Sequence record: DRR378314_109
Length of the DNA: 22,898 bases
Reading direction: 5' to 3' (one strand)
Below are positions 9,097 to 16,986 of the stretch, in pieces; position 1 is the first letter of the stretch, and each line of letters starts with the position of its first letter. Both the position numbers and the translations under genes were made by a program. Below the pieces are notes generated by a model, which did no database searches, was not told where the DNA came from, and was given only the letters and a program-made list of their open reading frames with translations.

Positions 9097-9837
9097 ATGA
9101 GAATCTTGATCGCCAATGATGATGGTATCGATGCCCCCGGACTGGCGCTGTTGGAACGGGCTGCGCTTAAAATCAGCGATGATGTCTGGGTGATCGCGCC
9201 CTCTGCCAAACGCACTGCGGCGGGCAATTCGCTGACCATTGCGCGCCCGCTCACCATGACCCGTTTGGCAGAACAGCGGTATTCCTGCTCTGGCACCCCT
9301 GCTGATTGTGTGCTGACAGCAATGACATGGTTGTTCAAAGACGGTAAGCGCCCCGATCTGGTCCTGTCGGGGGTCAACGACGGGCGCAATGTGGGCGAGG
9401 ATATCGCCTATTCCGGGACATTGGGTATCGCCCGCGAAGCAACTTTTTGGGGCATTCCCGCGATCGGCTTTTCCCGCGTGAAAAACGCGGAAGTTGCTGA
9501 AAGTGACGCGGATTACCTGACCAAGATCATTCAAGAGCTTTGGATACGCCGTCCTGATTGGGTGGCCGAAGGTGAATGGCTATCGATTAATTTGCCCTCG
9601 AAATTACCAGCTGCTTTGCGCGCCGCACGTATTGGACGCGACAAGGTTGGCCTGATTAGCGAGACCCTAAAGGAAGATGGCGATGTGACCGAGATCATGG
9701 TGCCCCGTGGTCGGCAGGACAGTTCGACACCGGGTGATGAAAACACGCTGATGGCTGAGGGTTTTGCAGCGATCAATCGCCTGAAATGGGCGGGGGAGTC
9801 ACCCTTGCCAAAGGCGCTGCTTGATGCGCTGAGCTGA
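9097..9837 (+). CDS. surE: SurE-family 5'/3'-nucleotidase
   Basis: MRILIANDDGIDAPGL, GTPADCV, PDLVLSGVNDGRN, YSGT. AGGA RBS before ATG 9097. Confidence 0.92.
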   Translation: MRILIANDDGIDAPGLALLERAALKISDDVWVIAPSAKRTAAGNSLTIARPLTMTRLAEQRYSCSGTPADCVLTAMTWLFKDGKRPDLVLSGVNDGRNVGEDIAYSGTLGIAREATFWGIPAIGFSRVKNAEVAESDADYLTKIIQELWIRRPDWVAEGEWLSINLPSKLPAALRAARIGRDKVGLISETLKEDGDVTEIMVPRGRQDSSTPGDENTLMAEGFAAINRLKWAGESPLPKALLDALS

Positions 9838-9865
9838 TCACAGCAAATTAAACTGTCCCAAGACT

Positions 9866-9892
9866 GGGCTGGCCTGTGTCGCCAGCCCTTTT
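9866..9892 (+). terminator. Rho-independent terminator after surE
   Basis: GGGCTGGC-N7-GCCAGCCC followed by TTTT, between convergent genes. Confidence 0.75.
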
Positions 9893-9899
9893 GGTCTTC

Positions 9900-11579
9900 C
9901 TACCCTGGTTTCGGTTTTTTGCCCGGCTTGATCAAACGGCTGCCCCGCAGCAACCCTTCTTCCTCCAGTACCGGATAGGCAATCGCGGCAAGCAGACCAT
10001 TGATCTGTTTCAGATCCCGTACGGTGTCGAGGTGGATCGAACTGGTTTCAATGCTTTCTTCAGTCTGTTGGCGCAAACGATTGAAGTGGCGTTGACGTGT
10101 TTCCCTTTCCAGTTCACGCAGCCGGTCTTTTGCCGAGATCACCCGTCGGGCGGTATCTGCATCGCCATTGATCAGAAGATTAAAGGAAAGGCGGGCATTG
10201 CGCATGACCGCATTATGAAAATCAAGCAGCTCGCGCCAGCCTTCCGCGGTAAACTCAACCTGCCGTTCCATCTTCTTTTGCACGTGCGGGATCAGGTTTC
10301 GCACGATCACATCTCCCGCTTGTTCGAGTTTGATACACACCTCCAACAGGTTCTGGCATTGATGCGCCTGTTCTACGGTCATTTCTTTTTCAGTGATCCG
10401 GGCAAGATAAAGTTTGATGGCATTCTGTCGTTTATCAATGCGATCATCTTGCTGGATAAGTTCCTCAATGGCCTCGGGTGTCGGATCTTCAAAGATCTCC
10501 ATGATGCGGCTTAACATGCTGTCGATGGTCTCGCACATCCGCACCGCTTCACGGGTGGCATTTGCCAAGGCCTGTTTGGGCCGGTCCAGCGCTTCAGGGT
10601 CCAGTGCACTGATTTCTTCTGGCGCGCTGACGGCCGATGTTCCGGCGCTTAAATCCGCCAAACCATGCGAGATGCGCCATGTCAGCCCAGAGAGCGGGAG
10701 GCCAGCAATTAATATAAGAAGATTAAAGGCGATATGTCCGTTGATGATCTGTTGATCAGGCGCCGATCCAAGAAACCCGAAATCCGGCTGCATCATGGCA
10801 ATTGCCGCAAGTAACAGCACAGAACCGAGCCCTCTCATAAGCAAATTCGCCAAGGGGACCGCACGGTATGCCGGCCCCGCGCTGCGGGTGAGTATCGGCG
10901 CGATCAGGGATGATCCAAGGTTCACCCCAAGCACCATGACCACCCCCAATTCGCCCGGCAACACCCCCTGAGACGCAAGTGCCGCCAGTAGAAGTATCGC
11001 GGCGACGCTAGAGTGCAAAAGATAGGTAACACCCGCCGCAATCAGGAAAGAGGTGATAGGATCTCCGCTTAGAAAGTTCAGTATCGTTGGCAAAGACTTG
11101 CTGTCACGCAAAGGACCGGCGGCAGTGCTAAGCAGTTCAAGAGAAAGCAGAATCATCGCAATGCCGATCAGGCTGCGCCCCAACTCATGCCAGGGGCGTC
11201 TGTCGGTTTTCAGATAGAGCCCGGCCCCGATCAACATCAGTACCGGAATGAGCAAAGTCATATCATAGCTCAGAACCTTCGCTACGACCGCTGACCCCAG
11301 TTCACCACCGCGCACAATGATCACGCCAGCCACGCCCGACACAAGCCCCATTCCCGTGAATGAACTGATCAACAGGGTCACAGCGGTCGAGCTTTGTAAT
11401 CCGATCGCCATGACGAAGCCGAACAGCATCGCCGCGAAAGGGTGGTCAACGCGCCTGCGCAGACCACTGCGCAGCTGGCGACCAAAAGCACGCTCCACCC
11501 CGGTTCTTACCAGGCGCGTTGCCCACAAAAGCATGGCAATGGCACCGGCCATATGCAGGAAGAAAACTGAGCTTGTCAT
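9900..11579 (-). CDS. Na/Pi-cotransporter family protein with C-terminal PhoU-like domains (YjbB-like)
   Basis: Repeated LQSSTAV / LHSSVAA motifs, GGELGS / GVNLGS, hydrophobic N-half. Helical soluble C-terminus (DDRIDKR, LEQAGD, ETSSIHLD). Confidence 0.9.
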   Translation of the reverse strand: MTSSVFFLHMAGAIAMLLWATRLVRTGVERAFGRQLRSGLRRRVDHPFAAMLFGFVMAIGLQSSTAVTLLISSFTGMGLVSGVAGVIIVRGGELGSAVVAKVLSYDMTLLIPVLMLIGAGLYLKTDRRPWHELGRSLIGIAMILLSLELLSTAAGPLRDSKSLPTILNFLSGDPITSFLIAAGVTYLLHSSVAAILLLAALASQGVLPGELGVVMVLGVNLGSSLIAPILTRSAGPAYRAVPLANLLMRGLGSVLLLAAIAMMQPDFGFLGSAPDQQIINGHIAFNLLILIAGLPLSGLTWRISHGLADLSAGTSAVSAPEEISALDPEALDRPKQALANATREAVRMCETIDSMLSRIMEIFEDPTPEAIEELIQQDDRIDKRQNAIKLYLARITEKEMTVEQAHQCQNLLEVCIKLEQAGDVIVRNLIPHVQKKMERQVEFTAEGWRELLDFHNAVMRNARLSFNLLINGDADTARRVISAKDRLRELERETRQRHFNRLRQQTEESIETSSIHLDTVRDLKQINGLLAAIAYPVLEEEGLLRGSRLIKPGKKPKPG

Positions 11580-11672
11580 AGGTCGCCTTTTCGCCGCCGC
11601 TGCTGGTGGAAATCTGGATCATTGGTCATCGAGCCGAAAAGGGCGCTACGCTCCTTACGCACACCCGAAACT

Positions 11673-11704
11673 ATACATAAGTAAAAACTAAATTACAAAT
11701 GATC
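11673..11704 (-). promoter_or_regulatory. Candidate SorC-family operator upstream of the Na/Pi gene
   Basis: Minus strand reads GATCATTTGTAATTTAGTTTTTACTTATGTAT. The first 14 nt are identical to 4046-4059. Confidence 0.65.
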
Positions 11705-11707
11705 ATG

Positions 11708-11739
11708 CTGCTTGCGCGCCTAACCAGACGCGCAAGCAG
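11708..11739. repeat. Perfect 11-bp inverted repeat (terminator-like)
   Basis: CTGCTTGCGCG-N10-CGCGCAAGCAG, then TTTCT on the + strand. Confidence 0.55.
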
Positions 11740-11915
11740 TTTCTGACGCGGGAACAGGGCGTTACAACGGGCCGCTTCAAGGTCCGCTTGCACAACCGTT
11801 CGGTGATAGATGTGGGGGAGTGCATATTGCTCTGATACAGCAATTACATGTCATCTGACCTATCGTCAGGATACCCGACGCGGCGCGAAATATCTGCGCG
11901 GGGCCACAGTGGAAC

Positions 11916-11942
11916 AGATCGCCCCGAAACATGGGGCGATCT
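11916..11942 (-). terminator. Probable terminator downstream of the monooxygenase gene
   Basis: AGATCGCCCC-N7-GGGGCGATCT perfect 10-bp stem, 15 nt past the stop. The U-tract is weak. Confidence 0.6.
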
Positions 11943-11957
11943 AGGGGTTTTATTCGT

Positions 11958-13526
11958 TTAGCCGAGGCTTTGCGTCATACCCCGCCCGACAAGATTGATG
12001 TCATCAGGGTTGATAAGGTCAGATCCCGTCCAGCCAGAAAGATCATATTCCCCCATACATTGGGCAACAAAACCTTGCAGGTTGGAGAGATCCCCATTCG
12101 CTGTAGCGTTCAACAAAGTCTCGATGCGAACGTTTTCGTAATTGCCCGCATAGTTGCGTTCATACAGTTCATGCCGGCCACCAAATTCCGTGCCAATCGC
12201 ATCCCATAGCAGTTTCAGCAGCTTCACCCTGTCGATGGCAGCATAACCGTTGGAACCACGCACAAAACGATCAAGATAGGGACGGATCGCCTCGCTTTCG
12301 AAATCCGCCGCCGAGGAGGGCAGATAGATCAGGCCGGACGCCACATGCCGTTCGATCAACTCTTTAATCCGACCATAGGCCATGGGGGCAAAAACCCGAT
12401 AGGCGAGACCGACGTTCGTGTTGGGCAAGTTAAATCCATCCGTGCCCTCCCATGGGACTGGCGATTTGACCATCGCATCAGAAAGCCCATGGAAGAGATT
12501 GCGCCAGGCCAGCACTTCACCCACCGCCGTCTGCACCCCGCGGAAGTCCTTTGATCCGGTGGCTTCGACCGCCATGGAAAACAGACCAGCGATGAAATCA
12601 AGCTTGACCGACAAGCGTGTCAGACCGTGCAGGGTAAAACGCGGCACAAAGCCTGAAGCAGGGAAGAACTGGTTAATCTTGTCCGTGTCCCCATAGACGA
12701 AGATATTCTCCCAAGGGACCAGAACCTTGTCGAACACAAGGATCGAGTCATTCTCATCCATCCGCGAGGAAAGCGGATAGTCAAAGGGAGACCCAGTGGC
12801 GGCCGCATTGAACTCGTAAGAAGAGCGCGCGATCAGCTTGACCCCTTCAGCGTCCATCGGCGCGGTAAAGATCAGCGCAAATTCCTTGTCCTTAACCGGA
12901 ATGCCATAGTGAGCGATAAAGTTGTAATGGGTCAGCGCCGATCCCGTTGCCACGACCTTTGCACCAGAGACGATAAGCCCGGCGTCGGTTTCTTTTTCAA
13001 CATGCATGAATACATCGCGGACCTCTTCAATCGCTCGGTCGCGATCAATAGGCGGATTGACGATAGCGTGGTTCCAGTAATCCAGTTTGTTCTGTGTCTT
13101 GTTGTACCAGTTCAACGCATTGCCGGCATATTCTCCGTAAAACTCTGAGTTGGCGCCCAAAGTACCGAGAAATGCCGCTTTGTAATCCGGCGAGCGGCCC
13201 ATCCAGCCATAGGACACTTTTTGCAGCTCAGCCACGGCATCGCGGCTTTTGATCAGGTCTTCAGATGTCTTGGACCCCAGGAAAAACGGATGTGTGATAT
13301 TGCCCGACCCATTGTCTGCCATCACGCCGATCTGGTCTTTGCGGTCATGAAATTTATCATACCAGCGTGCAACCATACGTGCAGAGTTGCGAAAGGCCGG
13401 ATGTTTGGTGACGTCTTTTACACGTTCGCCATAGATATAGATCTCGCGGCTGTCCTGAATGCTCTCCAAGAACTCTTGGCCTTTGAAAACCTCGGTTTTA
13501 TCGCCGGGCGTTGCATCTTTGGGCAT
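11958..13526 (-). CDS. Two-component FADH2-dependent aromatic monooxygenase, oxygenase subunit (HpaB/PheA1/NphA1 family)
   Basis: [74 protein letters not shown] before ATG 13526. Confidence 0.93.
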   Translation of the reverse strand: MPKDATPGDKTEVFKGQEFLESIQDSREIYIYGERVKDVTKHPAFRNSARMVARWYDKFHDRKDQIGVMADNGSGNITHPFFLGSKTSEDLIKSRDAVAELQKVSYGWMGRSPDYKAAFLGTLGANSEFYGEYAGNALNWYNKTQNKLDYWNHAIVNPPIDRDRAIEEVRDVFMHVEKETDAGLIVSGAKVVATGSALTHYNFIAHYGIPVKDKEFALIFTAPMDAEGVKLIARSSYEFNAAATGSPFDYPLSSRMDENDSILVFDKVLVPWENIFVYGDTDKINQFFPASGFVPRFTLHGLTRLSVKLDFIAGLFSMAVEATGSKDFRGVQTAVGEVLAWRNLFHGLSDAMVKSPVPWEGTDGFNLPNTNVGLAYRVFAPMAYGRIKELIERHVASGLIYLPSSAADFESEAIRPYLDRFVRGSNGYAAIDRVKLLKLLWDAIGTEFGGRHELYERNYAGNYENVRIETLLNATANGDLSNLQGFVAQCMGEYDLSGWTGSDLINPDDINLVGRGMTQSLG

Positions 13527-13606
13527 GGGTCTTTCTCCTCCTGAAAGTGACGAACGGCACAGCGCCGACACGTGCTAATGGCGTTCAAACTGCCCCCGAA
13601 CTCGGC

Positions 13607-13644
13607 AATCGCGCTAGGTATCAACGCATACCAAACGGGGTATC
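13607..13644. promoter_or_regulatory. Possible LysR (CatR/BenM-like) binding region in the divergent promoter
   Basis: ATAC-N8-GTAT at 13628-13643, with GGTATC repeated 22 bp apart (13617, 13639). The canonical spacer is N7, so the match is imperfect. Confidence 0.4.
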
Positions 13645-13709
13645 GCCTGAGAGTGATGGACAGCGTTAACCTGAAAACACCCAGCCAGCTTGAGGAGGAG
13701 CCCGCGGTC

Positions 13710-14285
13710 ATGTTTGATACAACCCAACCCAAATTTTGGCATGGTGAGGTGCCCCGACTTGACGCTAGTGTCGTGACACTTGGTGCATTTGATGGTGTAC
13801 ATTCAGGACATCAGACACTGATATCCGGCGCGATCAAACAGGCGCAGGCACGCGGTGTACCTTCTGTTGTTTGCACTTTTGATCCGCCCCCCAAGGTTTT
13901 TTTTGGTCGCGCTGCCCAGCTATGTTCAATGTCGCAGAAACTTGCGCGTATTTCGGCACTTGGCCCGGATCACGTTGTGGTTTTCTCCTTTGACGAAACT
14001 CTTCGCGCCCTGTCACCTGCCGCTTTTATGGACAAGCTGGCCCTGCTGCGGCCCTACCGAATTTGTGTAGGTGGTGATTTTCGATTTGGGGCGAAACAGG
14101 CGGGTGACGTGCACCTGCTTGGCACCCGCTTTGATGTGCGGGTGCAGCCGCCGGTCTGCTGCGCCGATGGTGAAGTTGTTTCTTCAACCCGCATTCGTGG
14201 CCTGCTGGAGCAGGGCCTGACGACAGCGGCCGCAACACTTTTGCGCCCGGCACTCAAGCCAGAGATTTATCATGAAAACACTTGA
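13710..14285 (+). CDS. Stand-alone FMN adenylyltransferase (FAD synthetase N-terminal domain), no riboflavin kinase domain
   Basis: GAGGAGG RBS. Motifs TLGAFDGVHSGHQ, TFDPPP, VGGDFRFG, VSSTRIR. The ORF ends at 191 aa without the kinase GFPTAN motif. Confidence 0.85.
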   Translation: MFDTTQPKFWHGEVPRLDASVVTLGAFDGVHSGHQTLISGAIKQAQARGVPSVVCTFDPPPKVFFGRAAQLCSMSQKLARISALGPDHVVVFSFDETLRALSPAAFMDKLALLRPYRICVGGDFRFGAKQAGDVHLLGTRFDVRVQPPVCCADGEVVSSTRIRGLLEQGLTTAAATLLRPALKPEIYHENT

Positions 14286-14793
14286 TCCACGCGCCCTGCG
14301 CGATGCCTGCGGTCTGTTCAGTACCGGCGTCAATGTTATTGCCACGCGCCATGAAGATGGTGATCACGGGATGACGGCCAATGCCTTTATGTCAATCTCA
14401 CTCGACCCGCCATTGATCTCGGTCTCAATCGGTGAACGTGCCAAGATCCTGCCTCATCTGCAACGGACCGGGCGCTTTTCAGTCAGCACTCTTGCCGAAG
14501 GCAGTGCGGAGCTTGCCTGGCATTTTGCGGGCCGGCCTGTCGAAAGTCTGACGAACCCCTTCGATGAACTTGACGGCTTGCCCGTGATCCGCAGTGCCTT
14601 GGCCGCTTATGCATGTGACATCGTGAACGAGGTCGAAGCAGGGGATCATACGATTTTCATCGGGCAGGTCAGCCAGTTGATCACAGATCCCGGTGCGCGA
14701 CCGCTTATTTTTTACAAAGGCCGTTTCGGTGCCGTGGCGGCACAAGCCCCCGCGCCGGAACTATGTGATCCAGTCGCTGAAGCCATCTGGTGA
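14272..14793 (+). CDS. Flavin reductase (HpaC/PheA2 family)
   Basis: LRDACGLFSTGVNVI, GMTANAFMSISLDPPL, AGDHTIFIGQV, PLIFYKGRF. Confidence 0.93.
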   Translation: MKTLDPRALRDACGLFSTGVNVIATRHEDGDHGMTANAFMSISLDPPLISVSIGERAKILPHLQRTGRFSVSTLAEGSAELAWHFAGRPVESLTNPFDELDGLPVIRSALAAYACDIVNEVEAGDHTIFIGQVSQLITDPGARPLIFYKGRFGAVAAQAPAPELCDPVAEAIW

Positions 14794-14833
14794 CGCCGGG
14801 CAACAAACCAATACTAAAACGGAGGAGAAGACC

Positions 14834-15703
14834 ATGAGAAACATCACACTAGAAAACATCACCGATGCCGTCACCGGCGCAATGAAAAAGGACATTCCGG
14901 AACGCAACCGCGAAATCATGACTGCGGCGCTCAAACATTTCCATGCCTTTGTCAAAGAGGTGAACCTGAGCCACAGCGAATGGCTGGAGGGTTGCGAGTG
15001 GATGCGTCGTGCCGGCGATATTTCAAACGAGGCACGAAACGAGTTTATTCTTATTTCCGATATCCTTGGTGTCGAGGTTCTGGTGGATATGCTCGACAAT
15101 AAGGTCACCGACGGTGAAAGTGAAAGCACCGTGCTTGGGCCATTCTATCGTGAAAACCCGCCAGTTCTGTCCAAGGGTGCAAGCATCATCCAGAAGGATT
15201 TCGACAACCAAACCACGGTGCGCGTGTCAGGTCGTGTACTCGACATCGAAGGCAATCCCATTGAAGGCGTGCAAATTGATGTCTGGGAGGACGCACCAAA
15301 CGGGCTGTATGAACAACAGGACCCGGATCAGCCGGACTTTAACCTGCGCGGGCGTTTCCTGACGGATGCGGACGGGAGCTATGAGTTTGTTGGCCTGCGC
15401 CCGGAGCCCTATCCGATCCCCTATGATGGTGCGGCAGGGGAATTGCTGAACTACATGGGGCACCATCCGATGCGTCCGGGGCATATTCATTTCATGATCG
15501 CCAAACCGGGTTACAAAACGTTGATCAGCCAAATCTACGACAGCGAGACGGAATATCTCGACAATGACTCGGTCTTTGCCGTGAAGGAGAGCCTGATCGG
15601 AGAAATGAAAACTGCCCCGGAGGGTGCCGACACCGATCTGGTGATGCAGTTTGACTTTCGATTGAAACCCGACGCCGATGTTCAGGCTGTGGCAGCGGAA
15701 TAA
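14834..15703 (+). CDS. Intradiol ring-cleavage dioxygenase (catechol/hydroxyquinol 1,2-dioxygenase; hydroxyquinol-type signature)
   Basis: GGAGG RBS. EFILISDILG, ESTVLGPFY; iron-ligand motifs GLYEQQ, PYPIP, RPGHIH; DSVFAVKESL. Confidence 0.92.
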   Translation: MRNITLENITDAVTGAMKKDIPERNREIMTAALKHFHAFVKEVNLSHSEWLEGCEWMRRAGDISNEARNEFILISDILGVEVLVDMLDNKVTDGESESTVLGPFYRENPPVLSKGASIIQKDFDNQTTVRVSGRVLDIEGNPIEGVQIDVWEDAPNGLYEQQDPDQPDFNLRGRFLTDADGSYEFVGLRPEPYPIPYDGAAGELLNYMGHHPMRPGHIHFMIAKPGYKTLISQIYDSETEYLDNDSVFAVKESLIGEMKTAPEGADTDLVMQFDFRLKPDADVQAVAAE

Positions 15704-15713
15704 CATGACATTA

Positions 15714-15736
15714 GCGGGCGCCCAATGGGCGTCCGC
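15714..15736 (+). other. GC-rich intercistronic hairpin
   Basis: GCGGGCGCCC-AAT-GGGCGTCCGC (one G-U pair) between the dioxygenase and cycloisomerase genes. No U-tract. Confidence 0.5.
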
Positions 15737-15757
15737 ATCAGATTAAAGGAGAATTTA

Positions 15758-16936
15758 ATGACGCCTCCCGCAGCCGAAATCGCTGAAGCTATATCGTTTG
15801 ACCAGAATCTGACGTGTCAAACTGCGATTCGTGAGATCCGCGCCCAAATCCTCACGCTGCCCAGTATTCGCGCGCACCGCCTGTCAAATACAGAGTTCAC
15901 CAGTCGTGAATTTGTACTGGTTCGGGTGTTACTGGCCAACGGTATCGAAGGTATTGGCGAGGCGGCTGTTTTGGGCGGTCCGCGTTGGGCGGAAGAATCG
16001 GTGGAGTCAATTCAGGCAGCGGTGGAGCGCTATCTTGCGCCAGCGCTGATCGGTTGCCCCGCTGCACGGCCTGCCGAAGTTGCTGCGCGTATGGCCAAGG
16101 CTGCCTTCCGCAACAATTCAGCCAAGGGCGCGGTTGAGACGGCTGTTCTCGACGCGTTCACACGCACGCTTGATGTGCCGCTTGCTACCATGTTTGGCGG
16201 CGCGCAGGTGGACAAGCTGCCGGTGCTTTGGGCGCTGGCATCAGGGGATGCCGATCAGGAGGTGGAGGAAGCACTTGCAAAACTAGCAGCCCGCGAACAC
16301 CGTGATTTTAAGATCAAGCTCGGCTTTGCAAGCCCGGTAGACGACCTGCGCCGCCTGCAAAAGCTACGCGATGAGGTTCCCGAAATGCGCCGCCTGATCG
16401 TCGATGTGAACCAAGCCTGGAGCGAGGCCGACTGCCGCCGTTATTTGCCTGCCCTGCAAGAACTGAAAGTTGATTTGATCGAACAACCACTGCCGGGTGA
16501 TAATTTTGAAGGCATGGCGCGTGTCGCGCGTCAAACCCAGATTCCGCTGATGGTGGACGAGGCCGCCTTTTCCAACCGGGAAATTTCCCGCGCCGGGGCG
16601 ATGGGTTGTGGCAGTGTATACTCGCTGAAACTTGTCAAAAGTGGCGGGCTGCTGGCACTGTCACATGCTGCCCGCGTTGCAGAGGCGGCAGGGTTCGAAC
16701 TTTATGGCGGGTGCTTGCTTGAAGGTTCCATCGGGGCCGCCGCACATCTGTCGGTTTTTGGTACATTACCGCAGCTTGCTTGGGGCTGTGAGCATTTCGG
16801 TCCCCGGCTGCATGTCTCCGAGATCGTCCGCGATCCGCTGGTTTTCGAGGAATTTCATGTGCATGTCCCGCAGGGACCCGGATTGGGCGTCGAGCTTGAC
16901 GAAGACCAGGTGCGCGATGCCTTGCGCCCAGACTGA
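15758..16936 (+). CDS. catB: Muconate/chloromuconate cycloisomerase
   Basis: AAGGAG RBS. Enolase-superfamily MLE motifs FKIKLG, VDVNQ, IEQP, MVDE, SLKL, YGGCLLEG, CEHFGP, GPGLGV. Confidence 0.9.
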   Translation: MTPPAAEIAEAISFDQNLTCQTAIREIRAQILTLPSIRAHRLSNTEFTSREFVLVRVLLANGIEGIGEAAVLGGPRWAEESVESIQAAVERYLAPALIGCPAARPAEVAARMAKAAFRNNSAKGAVETAVLDAFTRTLDVPLATMFGGAQVDKLPVLWALASGDADQEVEEALAKLAAREHRDFKIKLGFASPVDDLRRLQKLRDEVPEMRRLIVDVNQAWSEADCRRYLPALQELKVDLIEQPLPGDNFEGMARVARQTQIPLMVDEAAFSNREISRAGAMGCGSVYSLKLVKSGGLLALSHAARVAEAAGFELYGGCLLEGSIGAAAHLSVFGTLPQLAWGCEHFGPRLHVSEIVRDPLVFEEFHVHVPQGPGLGVELDEDQVRDALRPD

Positions 16937-16986
16937 AACTTGTATTTGCGGGGGGAGAGCCGATGATACTTGACGGGAGGGGACAT

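Noticed and set aside
8341-9534. 397-aa minus-strand ORF, and similar long antisense ORFs (5010-5852, 7269-7922, 9876-10514, 18129-18914, 19912-20796, 21371-21994)
   Set aside because: They lie antisense to well-supported genes and have no recognisable motifs. Such shadow ORFs are expected in GC-rich coding DNA.
13710-14285. ribF pseudogene
   Set aside because: The catalytic motifs and RBS are intact, the ORF ends at the natural domain boundary, and no kinase remnant follows. Not fully excluded without homologue comparison.
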